Assembly (NCBI GenBank): GCA_052038195.1
Contig: JBQGBY010000039.1
Location: forward strand, 3,162 to 67,161
Source of the DNA: Micromonosporaceae bacterium
GTDB taxonomy: Bacteria; Actinomycetota; Actinomycetes; Mycobacteriales; Micromonosporaceae
Length of the DNA stretch: 64,000 nt
Direction: 5' to 3'
Shown: positions 45,839 through 54,227 of the stretch, one piece after another
How the letters are laid out: every line of letters starts with the position of its first letter
How positions within the stretch are numbered: the first letter of the stretch is position 1
The notes under the pieces: model-generated
The model's database searches: none
Told to the model about the DNA's origin: nothing
The model's input: only the letters and a program-made list of their open reading frames with translations
Translations under genes and position numbers: made by a program

Positions 45839-46602
45839 GTCGCGACCTCCCGCAGCCCCGGTACCACAACCACCCACGTCGCCCACCATGGGTGGTAGCG
45901 CGGGACCGCCGCCACGAGCTCCGCGTCGGGCCGGGTCCGGGCCCACCGCAGGACGCGTCCCACCGAGACCGGGAAGAGCGTGTCGCCGTACCGGTTCTTC
46001 GGCCGCCGACCCCGGCGCCGCTCGTAGCGACGGGCCGCGCGCTCGCCGCCGAGGTAGTGCCAGGGCGAGGTCTCGTGCCCGCCGTGCGGCGACAGCCAGT
46101 TCGTGTACGACAGGTAGACCAGGCCGCCGGGACGTGTCACCCGTACCATCTCGTCGGCCATCCGCTCCGGGTCACCGACATGCTCCAACACATTTGATGA
46201 TAGGCATACGTCGATCGAGCGAGTGGCGACCGGCAGGTCCAGGGCACTGCCGAGCACCGCGCCGACCGGCAGGTGACCGCGACCACTCATCTCGCCCGCA
46301 TCGACATCGACGCAGACCACTGTCGCCCCGACCTCGCGCAGGGCGTCGCTGACGTAGCCCGAGCCGCCGCCGACATCCAGTAGCCGCGCACCGGCGAGCC
46401 GGACCCCGGCCTCGTCGGCGTACCGGCACAGCTGGGCCACGGTGTCGTCGGCGAGGGCGCCATAGAAGTGGTCGCGGTCGGTCTGCTCCCGGCCGAACGC
46501 GCGGAAGAGCCGGATCGCCCGGGAGAGGTCGGCGCGGAACGCGGTGGCGGACCCGTCGCGGCCGGCGGCCGTGGCGGTGGAAACTTGCGTCCCGTGGTCC
46601 AT
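45805..46602 (-). CDS. Class I SAM-dependent methyltransferase (Rv0224c-type)
   Basis: Motif I LLDVGGGSGYVS, VVCVDVD, SIDVCLSSNVLEHV and TRPGGLVYLSYTNW. Confidence 0.8.
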   Translation of the reverse strand: MDHGTQVSTATAAGRDGSATAFRADLSRAIRLFRAFGREQTDRDHFYGALADDTVAQLCRYADEAGVRLAGARLLDVGGGSGYVSDALREVGATVVCVDVDAGEMSGRGHLPVGAVLGSALDLPVATRSIDVCLSSNVLEHVGDPERMADEMVRVTRPGGLVYLSYTNWLSPHGGHETSPWHYLGGERAARRYERRRGRRPKNRYGDTLFPVSVGRVLRWARTRPDAELVAAVPRYHPWWATWVVVVPGLREVATWNLLLVLRKR

Positions 46603-46706
46603 TCCGCGCGACCTTACCCTTTGGTAGCGTGCGGTCGCACAGCATCTGCCCCTCCGCGCACGGACGCGTGGCCCGGGGCGCAATCCGTCCCGAGGGGAGT
46701 CACGGC

Positions 46707-46871
46707 ATGAAGACTGCGGTGGGCGTCGTACTGGCTGCGGTGCTCGCAGCCGGCGCCGGAGTCCTGGGCGCCGTCGTTACGGCCAACGTCGCGGTGTCGA
46801 GCGTCGACAAGGCCGCCGACAGCGCGGACCAGGGCAACCTGGGCGAGCCGGCCGACTACGGCACCCGCTGA
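46707..46871 (+). CDS. Small secreted/membrane protein, DUF2613-like (Rv0236A-type)
   Basis: GAGGGGAG RBS. MKTAVGVVLAAVLAAGAGVLGAVVTANVAVSSVDKAADSADQGNLGEPADYGTR. Confidence 0.6.
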   Translation: MKTAVGVVLAAVLAAGAGVLGAVVTANVAVSSVDKAADSADQGNLGEPADYGTR

Positions 46872-48016
46872 GCGGTCGGGCCGGCAAAGGTCGACTCGAT
46901 AAGGTCGGCGAAGCGCGCGCCGGATTGTTCCCACGTGAACGACAGCGCGTGCTTCGCCGCGACGACCCCCATGGCCTCCCGCCGCACGTCGTCACGCAGC
47001 AGTTCTCCGACCAGCGCCACGAAATGATCCTCGTCGGCTGCGAGCAACCCCGACTCCCCGTCCACCACGGCCTCCGAAACCCCGCCGGCCGCGGCCATCG
47101 CGACGGTCGGCGTACCACGGGCGCCGGCCTCCACGATCGTGAGCCCCCAGCCCTCCTTGAGTGACGGGGTCAGCGCGACCCACGCCCGGCTGAGCAGCTC
47201 GTGCTTGCGTTCCTCCGGGACGAACCCGGCGAACTCCACCCGGTCGGCGATGCCCAGCCGGTCCGCCAGCTCTCGCAGTGGCTGCTCCCACCAGCCGTGA
47301 CCGGCCACCGTCAGCGTCAGCCTCGGCATCTCCGGCGCGAGCGCGGCGACCGCGCGTAGCGCCAGCTCGACGCGCTTGTGCGGAACCAGCCGGCACAGCA
47401 CGAGCAGGCTCGGGTTCTCGTCGCGCGGCGTCGGCTCACCGGTGACCGGGAGTGTCCCGTTGTGGATCACCGAGATGCGGTCCCCGTCGATGCCCATGGC
47501 GACCAGCTCGGCCCGGCTCGCCTGGGACACAGTGACGTAGCGGCATCGCCGGTAGACGCGCGGAGCCAGAGCGGACTCGACCCACCAGCCGAACCGGGCC
47601 AGCGTAGGTCCCATCACCACCGGCCACTGCTCACGGTGGACGTGGTGCACGAGGGCCACCACCGGCACTCGAGCGTAGAGCGGCGACAGGAACGGCAGGC
47701 CGTTACCGACGTCGATGATGACGTCCGGCCGACCGAGGCGGCGCGACGACAGCGGTCCGAGACCCAGCACCCCGGCGGCGTACAGCAGCGCGGCCCGCGG
47801 ATAGACCGTCAGGCGGCCACCCCGCCGTACGAACGTGACCTGCCCTTGGACCTCCTCGCGTTCCGCGCCCGCATAGCGGGCGCACACGATGGTGACGCGG
47901 TGACCTCGGGCGACGAGCTGGTCGGCGATGTTCTCGACGTACGTCTCGGAGCCGCCGCCGAGGGGGTGTCGCGTGTCGCGCCAGTTGAGCACGAGCACGT
48001 GCCGAGCACCGCCCAC
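46856..48016 (-). CDS. GT4-family glycosyltransferase (Rv0225-type)
   Basis: N-terminal HVLVLNWRDTRHPLGGGSETYV and the C-terminal EGWGLTIVEAGARGTPTVA (E-x7-E region). Confidence 0.8.
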   Translation of the reverse strand: MGGARHVLVLNWRDTRHPLGGGSETYVENIADQLVARGHRVTIVCARYAGAEREEVQGQVTFVRRGGRLTVYPRAALLYAAGVLGLGPLSSRRLGRPDVIIDVGNGLPFLSPLYARVPVVALVHHVHREQWPVVMGPTLARFGWWVESALAPRVYRRCRYVTVSQASRAELVAMGIDGDRISVIHNGTLPVTGEPTPRDENPSLLVLCRLVPHKRVELALRAVAALAPEMPRLTLTVAGHGWWEQPLRELADRLGIADRVEFAGFVPEERKHELLSRAWVALTPSLKEGWGLTIVEAGARGTPTVAMAAAGGVSEAVVDGESGLLAADEDHFVALVGELLRDDVRREAMGVVAAKHALSFTWEQSGARFADLIESTFAGPTAQRVP

Positions 48017-48104
48017 CGCGACTCCCTACCGCCGAGTAGTCCCAATCGTCCGGACACGGTACCGGCGCCGAAGGGGCCCGCGCACCCTGGCCGAACGGCC
48101 ACAT

Positions 48105-48214
48105 CCGGTGAGCTTGCGAGCCGGACAAGCCGGCTCAGCCGGTGAGCTTGCGAGCCGCACTAACGTGGCTCAGCCGGCGAGCTTGCGAGCCGCACAAAGT
48201 AGCTCAGCCGGCGA
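48105..48214. repeat. 34-35-nt tandem array, 3 full copies plus a 7-nt partial, in a divergent promoter region; same family as copies A-C in reverse orientation
   Basis: ccggtgagcttgcgagccggacaagccggctcag (48105-48138), ccggtgagcttgcgagccgcactaacgtggctcag (48139-48173), ccggcgagcttgcgagccgcacaaagtagctcag (48174-48207), then ccggcga. Confidence 0.95.
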
Positions 48215-48337
48215 ATATTGCCCAGTCAAGCACCGGAAGGTCCCCCCGGGTATGGCGTCGGACTTGACGGAGGGGTAACGTGCCGGCAGCCTTACCTCCA
48301 CCACGCACGCACCCCCGTCCTCTCGGAGGAGTTCGCA

Positions 48338-49336
48338 GTGAAGCGCGTCCTCGGCATAGTCATTCTCGGCGTCGGCGTCGCACTCGCCGTGTTCGCGGCC
48401 AGCCTGCGGTTCTACGTGACCCCGATCGCCACGAACATCCCTTACGACCTGGAGCCGTCGACCACCATCGCCGAGGCGTCCAACGGCATCTACCTGGCCG
48501 TTGGCGCAAGCGGCGCGCGGATCGAGACCGGCGCCCTCCGCTCGACGACGTACATCGTTCCCCAGCCCGGAACCACCCGGGACGAGTTGACCGGTGACCT
48601 CGCCGGCTCGGCCGTGGTGTGGGACGTCTACGACCAGATCGTCGACATCTCCAGCGGCACCGTCGTGACCGCCTCCTCGTCGGAGATCGCGCTCGACCGC
48701 AAGACGGGCGCGTACGTCGAGTGGGACGGCACGTGGCTCAACACCGGTGGCGACGACGAGCCCGCGTCCTTCGAGGGCCACTCGTACAAGCTGCCGTTCA
48801 ACACCGAGCAGATCACGTACCCGTACTGGGACGACCAGTTGGGCGAGACCGTCGACCTCAATTTCGTGGCGGTCGAGCAGTTCAGCGGGCTCGAGGCGTA
48901 CAAGTTCGAGAGCTCCGTCCCGGAGACGCAGATCGACTACGACGCCGACTCGCTGGGCGCGCTGCGGGCACTGATCGGTGGTGGCAGCGGCGACATCTAC
49001 TACAGCGTCGACCGCACCATCTGGGTCGAGCCGGTCACCGGCCAGTTCCTCAACGTGCAGCAGACCGTGAACCTGGAGTTCCGCGGCGGCAACGACACCA
49101 CGCGCGTCCTGCTCGGCGGGGACTTCGAGTACACGCAGGAGACGCAGGACAACGCCGCGGCGACCATCACCGAGAACCGCGACCTGCTCCTGCTGGTCAG
49201 CCAGACCCTGCCGCTCGGGGTCGGCGGAGGCGGTGTGCTCCTGATCATCGTCGGTGTCATCCTCATCGCCACCGGTCGCTCGAAGGCCGAGGCCGGCGAG
49301 CCGGCGGCGGCCACCACCGCGACGGTCGGCGCCTGA
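48338..49336 (+). CDS. DUF3068-like membrane protein (Rv0227c-type)
   Basis: GGAGGA RBS plus GTG. N-terminal TM VKRVLGIVILGVGVALAVFAASLRFYV, large exported domain, C-terminal TM. Confidence 0.7.
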   Translation: MKRVLGIVILGVGVALAVFAASLRFYVTPIATNIPYDLEPSTTIAEASNGIYLAVGASGARIETGALRSTTYIVPQPGTTRDELTGDLAGSAVVWDVYDQIVDISSGTVVTASSSEIALDRKTGAYVEWDGTWLNTGGDDEPASFEGHSYKLPFNTEQITYPYWDDQLGETVDLNFVAVEQFSGLEAYKFESSVPETQIDYDADSLGALRALIGGGSGDIYYSVDRTIWVEPVTGQFLNVQQTVNLEFRGGNDTTRVLLGGDFEYTQETQDNAAATITENRDLLLLVSQTLPLGVGGGGVLLIIVGVILIATGRSKAEAGEPAAATTATVGA

Positions 49337-49352
49337 CATCCGAAACGCCTGT

Positions 49353-49393
49353 ACGGCGGGGTGTGCCCGGGAAGACCGGGTGCACCCCGCCGT
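49353..49393 (+). terminator. GC-rich hairpin terminator after the DUF3068-like gene
   Basis: acggcggggtgtgcccgg / ccgggtgcaccccgccgt, loop gaaga. Starts 17 nt after the stop. Confidence 0.6.
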
Positions 49394-49475
49394 CGCATGT
49401 GGACAAACCGGCCGTTGGGAGGGAGTCACCGCCGCCCACGTGCCCTTCTGACGATCATGGACCATACTGATCGCC

Positions 49476-49940
49476 GTGACATCACGCGCGCGCCGCCCGG
49501 TGGCCTTCCTCGTCGTGCTCAGCGGTGCCGCGATCGCGGCTGGGTCGATGATGGACTGGGTCACGGCGCGGGAGGAGCGGCCGGCGGCCGGCCTGGACCA
49601 GACATCGGTTACGGGACTGTTCCGCTGGTCGTACGAGCTGGACAGCCCGTTCGTGAACTCCTTCGCCCTGGTCGTACTCGCCGCCGGGGTGCTCCTCGCC
49701 CTCGGCGGGCTGGTCCGGTCGCGCCTGATCACCGGCCTGTTCTCGACCGTCGCGCTGGCGGCTGCGGGCCTGTGGATCGCGCTCAACGGCAGCCACTACG
49801 ACCCGGTGAGCATGCCCTACTCCGACCTGCGGCTCGGTGCCTGGCTGACCCTGGGGGGCGGACTGGTTGGGTTGATAGGCACGTTCTTCCTCGACCGCTC
49901 GGCCAGCGAATCGGCGACGGCGGCGGCACTCGCCAGCTGA
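49476..49940 (+). CDS. Hypothetical 4-TM membrane protein
   Basis: 154 aa, GTG start, alternating hydrophobic helices. Confidence 0.55.
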   Translation: MTSRARRPVAFLVVLSGAAIAAGSMMDWVTAREERPAAGLDQTSVTGLFRWSYELDSPFVNSFALVVLAAGVLLALGGLVRSRLITGLFSTVALAAAGLWIALNGSHYDPVSMPYSDLRLGAWLTLGGGLVGLIGTFFLDRSASESATAAALAS

Positions 49941-49970
49941 CGCCGGCAAGATCCAACTCTGCGGTGGGGA

Positions 49971-49988
49971 TTCCGAGTTTTCTCGGAA
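49971..49988. terminator. Short hairpin ttccgag-tttt-ctcggaa between convergent genes
   Basis: 7-bp stem, T4 loop, in the 77-nt convergent gap. Confidence 0.4.
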
Positions 49989-50017
49989 ATCTGACCGGTC
50001 AGTCTTCCGAGGGGGCG

Positions 50018-51799
50018 TCAGCGGGCCTCGACCCAGGCGGCGTGCAGGCGTTCGTAGACGGCGCCCGCGTGGGTGACGAGCTCGGTGTGGGGCCCGCGTT
50101 GCACGATCTTGCCGCGGTCGAAGACGATCACCTCGTCCGCGGCCTGGGCGGTCGACAGGCGGTGGGCGATCGCCACCGTCGTCCGGCCGCGGGTCACCGC
50201 GTCGAGCGCGCGCTGCAGCCGGACCTCGGTCGCCGGGTCGACGGCGGAGGTGGCCTCGTCGAGCACCAGCAGGTCGGGGTCGGCGACGTAGGCGCGCACC
50301 AGGGCGACCAACTGGCGCTCCCCCACCGACAACGCCTCGCCGCGCTCGCCGACGGGGGTCGCCAGCCCCGCGGGTAGCGTCTCGACCCAGTCGGCGAGGC
50401 CCAGCTCGGTGAACGCCGCCTGCAGTTCCGCCTCCGGCAGCGTCTCGTTGGCGAACCGTACGTTCTCGGCGATCGTGGCATCGAAGAGGAAGCCGTCCTG
50501 CGGCACCAGCACCACCCGCCGGCGCAGCGACGAGAACCGCACGTCACGCAAGGCGACACCCGACAACGAGATGGTGCCGTCGGTCGGGTCCATCAAGCGG
50601 GTCAGCAGCTTGGCGAACGTGGTCTTCCCCGAGCCGGTCTCGCCGACCACCGCCACGCGGGTCCGCGGCGCGATATGGATGTCCACATCGGACAGTACGA
50701 GCGGCCCATCCGGATAGGCGAAGCTGACGTGGCTGAAGTCGATCGCGACCGGCCCGCGCGGTAGGTCCGTGCCGTTCGCGTCCGGATCGCGCACGTCCGG
50801 CTCGACGTCGAGCACGTCGAGGACCCGCCGCCAGCCGGCCGTCGCGTTCTGCGCCTCGTTGAGCACATCGGTGGCGACCTGCACCGGCTGCACGAAGAGC
50901 TGCACCAGCAACAGGAATGCGGTCAGTTCACCGACCTGCAGCCCGGCATCGACGCCGAGCAGGGTGCCGACGACGACCACCCCGCCCATGGCCAGACCAG
51001 CGGCGATCTCGCCCACCGAGTAGGCGTGGACGCTGATGCGCAGGCTGCGCGACATCGCCACCTGGGCCCGCTCGATCGCGTCGTCGAGCCGGCGGGCGCT
51101 GCGCCCGGCCACGCCATAGGCCCGGATGACGTCGGCGCCCACGACCGTCTCGCCGACCGCCCCGAGCATCGTGCCGACCCGTTCCCGCACGAGCAGGTAG
51201 GCGCTGGCCAGCCGGCGCTGCAGGAGCCGCACGACGACGACCAGGGGCAGGAAAGACCCGTAGACCACGAGCGCGAGCTGCCACGAGTAGGCGAACATCA
51301 CGACGCTGGTGACGACCACCTGACCCGCGCTGACGATGAGCGTCACCCCACCGATCTGCAGGAACTGGGTGATCTGATCGACGTCCGTGGTGACACGGGC
51401 GGTCAGCGCCCCGCGGCGCTCCCCCTGCTGGTGCAGCATGGACAGGTCGTGGATGTGGCGGAAAGTCCGGGTCCGTACGGCCGCCAACGCCGTCTCGCTG
51501 ACCGTGAACAGCCGCCGCATCATCAGGTAGGTGCAGGTGGCCGTGACCCCGAGCACGGGGACGGCGATGGCCACAGTGGACAGAACGACGCCGACATCGG
51601 GGCCACCCGGGGCCCGCAGGCCGTGGTCGATGACCCGTTGGACGGCGACCGGGACGGCGACCCGACCCACCATCGCGACCACGGCCAGGCCGAGCGTGCC
51701 GGCGAGCCCGGTGCGCAGCTCCGGCGACAGGGCCAGCCCACGCCGGATGGTCCACAGGGATCTGGGCGGCTTCGTTCCGACCCGACCCGATGACGTCAT
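50018..51799 (-). CDS. ABC exporter, fused TMD-NBD subunit (heterodimer partner 2)
   Basis: Six TM segments then Walker A GETGSGKTT, signature LSVGERQLV, Walker B LLVLDEATSAVD. Confidence 0.85.
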   Translation of the reverse strand: MTSSGRVGTKPPRSLWTIRRGLALSPELRTGLAGTLGLAVVAMVGRVAVPVAVQRVIDHGLRAPGGPDVGVVLSTVAIAVPVLGVTATCTYLMMRRLFTVSETALAAVRTRTFRHIHDLSMLHQQGERRGALTARVTTDVDQITQFLQIGGVTLIVSAGQVVVTSVVMFAYSWQLALVVYGSFLPLVVVVRLLQRRLASAYLLVRERVGTMLGAVGETVVGADVIRAYGVAGRSARRLDDAIERAQVAMSRSLRISVHAYSVGEIAAGLAMGGVVVVGTLLGVDAGLQVGELTAFLLLVQLFVQPVQVATDVLNEAQNATAGWRRVLDVLDVEPDVRDPDANGTDLPRGPVAIDFSHVSFAYPDGPLVLSDVDIHIAPRTRVAVVGETGSGKTTFAKLLTRLMDPTDGTISLSGVALRDVRFSSLRRRVVLVPQDGFLFDATIAENVRFANETLPEAELQAAFTELGLADWVETLPAGLATPVGERGEALSVGERQLVALVRAYVADPDLLVLDEATSAVDPATEVRLQRALDAVTRGRTTVAIAHRLSTAQAADEVIVFDRGKIVQRGPHTELVTHAGAVYERLHAAWVEAR

Positions 51800-53805
51800 G
51801 AGACGACCCCTGCCCGTCCGGTGTCGCCGACGATCCGGCCCACCTCGAATTCTTCCACTTCGGACAGTTGCTCGTCCTCGGTGTCGGGACCGGGCGCCCG
51901 CAGGTCATCCTCGGCCAGCGCGGCTTCACGCTCGGCATCGGCCCGCTCGTAAGCGGTGACCAGGTCCGCGTAGGCCGGCACGGTCGCGAGCAGGTGCTCG
52001 TGGGCGCCGCGGGCCACGATCCGGCCGCGGTCGAGGAACACCACCTCGTCGGCGAGCGCGATCGTGGCCCGGCGATAGGCGACGAGGAGGATCGTGGTCG
52101 CGGTCCGATGACGCAGTTCCTGCCCACCTCCCCCGCCCTGCCGCCCACGCAACCCGCGCAGGATCGCCGCCTCCACCCGCGGGTCGACCGCACTCGTCGC
52201 GTCGTCGAGCACGAGCATCCGCGGTGAGCCGGCCAGCGCCCGGGCCAGGGTGAGCCGCTGGCGCTGCCCGCCCGACAGCGAGGTGCCGCGCTCGCCCAGC
52301 GGGGTGTCGAGCGGGTCCGCCGACGCACTTCCCTCCGCAGAGGCGGCAGCATTGCCAGGCAGCCGGTCCACGAAACCGTCGGCCTGGGCCAGCGCCAACG
52401 CCGCGCGAATGTGCTCATCGTCGATGCCCACACGACCGAGGGCGACGTTGCCGCGCACGGTGTCGTCGAAGACGAACGGCAACTGCGGCACGAGGGCCAC
52501 GGTGTGGGCGAGCTCTGGTGCCGACAGGGCCCTGGCGTCGACGCCGCCGAACTCGACCGCCCCGGAGGCCGGGTCGACCAGGCGGGCGGCGAGCGAGGCG
52601 ATCGTGGACTTGCCCGATCCGGTCGGGCCGACCAGTGCCACCGTCGTCCCGGCCGGAACCTCGAACGTCACGCCGTCCACCGCGTCCACCACCGGATCGG
52701 GCCCCGATCGCAGGTCGTCGTACCCGAACCGGACATCGCGGAAGGCGAGCGAGACCGCGGTACCGGCCGGCCCGGCCAGCGCGGCGTCGCCGTACGGCAT
52801 GTCTCCGGTCGCCTCGAGCACCGGGCGGACCCGGTCCCACCCGGCCACGGCCCGCGGCAACTCGGTCAGCGCCCACCCGATCGAGCGCACCGGCACCGCG
52901 AGCATGGAGAAGAGGAAGGCGACCGCGAAGATCTCCTCGACGGTGGCCGCGCCCTGCCGCAGGCGCAGTACGCCGACCACGAGGACGACCAGGCTGCCGA
53001 GGTTCGGCAACGCCTCGACCAGCGGGTCGAACAGACCGCGGAGCCGACCAACGTTGATCATCGCGTCGCGCAGCTCGTGCGCCCGCGCCTGGAAGCGGCG
53101 GGTCTCCTCGGCCTCCCGGCCCATGGTCTTGACCAGGAGGGCGCCGTCGAAGCTCTCGTGGGCCACGGCGCTGACCTGCGCGCGCAGCGCCTGGGCCCGG
53201 CTGATCCGGGGCGACATCCGGCGCGAGTAGAAGAAGTTGAGCACGAAGAGCACCGGGAACAGGGCGAGCGCCACCAGGCCGAAGGCCCAGTCGACCACGA
53301 ACAGCCCGCCGACTGCGACGCCCAGCATGAATACGGTGCCGACGGCCAGCGGGATAGCCGCCTGCACCGCCCACAGCGCCTCGACGTCGGAGCTGGCGTT
53401 GGACAGCAGCGTGCCGGTGGCGTGCCGACGGTGCCAGGCGGGTGGCAGAGCCAGGTAGCGCCGGGTGACCCGACGCCGGTACTCGGCGGTGAGCCGGAAC
53501 TGGACGGTGCCCGCTCCGAGCCGGCGGGCGTAGAGCGCGCCGATCTTCAGCACCGCGACCGCGATGATGGCGACGAATCCGGTGGCGAGCGCCCCCGCCC
53601 CGACGTCCCCCCGGTCGATGGCCGGCACCACGACCCGCCCGACCACCTGGCCGACGACGAGCGCCGTGCCCACGCCGAGCCCGCCATAGACGGCGGCCCC
53701 GAGCACCGCGATGGCGAAGACCCACGGCTGCTCGCGGATCGCGCGACCGATCAGCCCCAGGCCCCGCAGGACAACGCGCGTACGGGTGGGCGAGTCATGC
53801 CGCAA
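51796..53805 (-). CDS. ABC exporter, fused TMD-NBD subunit (heterodimer partner 1)
   Basis: Walker A GPTGSGKST, LSGGQRQRL, MLVLDDATSAVD. 4-nt overlap with the partner. Long acidic C-terminal tail. Confidence 0.85.
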   Translation of the reverse strand: MRHDSPTRTRVVLRGLGLIGRAIREQPWVFAIAVLGAAVYGGLGVGTALVVGQVVGRVVVPAIDRGDVGAGALATGFVAIIAVAVLKIGALYARRLGAGTVQFRLTAEYRRRVTRRYLALPPAWHRRHATGTLLSNASSDVEALWAVQAAIPLAVGTVFMLGVAVGGLFVVDWAFGLVALALFPVLFVLNFFYSRRMSPRISRAQALRAQVSAVAHESFDGALLVKTMGREAEETRRFQARAHELRDAMINVGRLRGLFDPLVEALPNLGSLVVLVVGVLRLRQGAATVEEIFAVAFLFSMLAVPVRSIGWALTELPRAVAGWDRVRPVLEATGDMPYGDAALAGPAGTAVSLAFRDVRFGYDDLRSGPDPVVDAVDGVTFEVPAGTTVALVGPTGSGKSTIASLAARLVDPASGAVEFGGVDARALSAPELAHTVALVPQLPFVFDDTVRGNVALGRVGIDDEHIRAALALAQADGFVDRLPGNAAASAEGSASADPLDTPLGERGTSLSGGQRQRLTLARALAGSPRMLVLDDATSAVDPRVEAAILRGLRGRQGGGGGQELRHRTATTILLVAYRRATIALADEVVFLDRGRIVARGAHEHLLATVPAYADLVTAYERADAEREAALAEDDLRAPGPDTEDEQLSEVEEFEVGRIVGDTGRAGVVS

Positions 53806-54150
53806 CCCGGTCCACCTCCCAGCCAGCGGCCTCCGCCCGCCAACGCTCGTCGCCGGCGCGGCAGGCCTGCAGGGATGATACGCCCGAACGCGCTGACGGT
53901 CCTTACCGGTCTCATCCGTTGGTCAGGGCGCCGCGAGCCGCCCGGAGGCTCGTTCGGGTGAACGGAAGGAATCCGCCCGGTGGACAGGACCAATGTGTGA
54001 GGCTAATGACGACTGTCCGTGAGGGCATTCATCGATTCAGTTAGCAACACCGTAATATCGATTTAACCTGCACTGGCTAGGAATACACGTAGTTGGTCAA
54101 ATCACCCATCGATCAACGTTCTGCCCGGACGGGTCCGGGGCAAGGCGGGG

Positions 54151-54204
54151 GGTGCTCAGGGGGAGTGCCCCAGCACCGCCGGGGCACTCAACGGGGAGTG
54201 TCCC
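54151..54204 (+). promoter_or_regulatory. otsA 5' leader with four segments able to form three mutually exclusive hairpins
   Basis: GGTGCT..GGGG(54151-62) pairs with CCCCAGCACC(54168-77). GAGTGCCCC(54163-71) pairs with GGGGCACTC(54181-89). GGGGCACTC also pairs with GAGTGTCCC(54196-204). Confidence 0.4.
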
Positions 54205-54227
54205 GGCCCTGAAGGTGGGAGGACGCA

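Noticed and set aside
48105-48214. Possible CRISPR array
   Set aside because: The units are directly abutting 34-35-mers whose variable part is only about 10 nt. There are no spacer-sized unique inserts and no cas genes in the window. It is treated as a tandem repeat.
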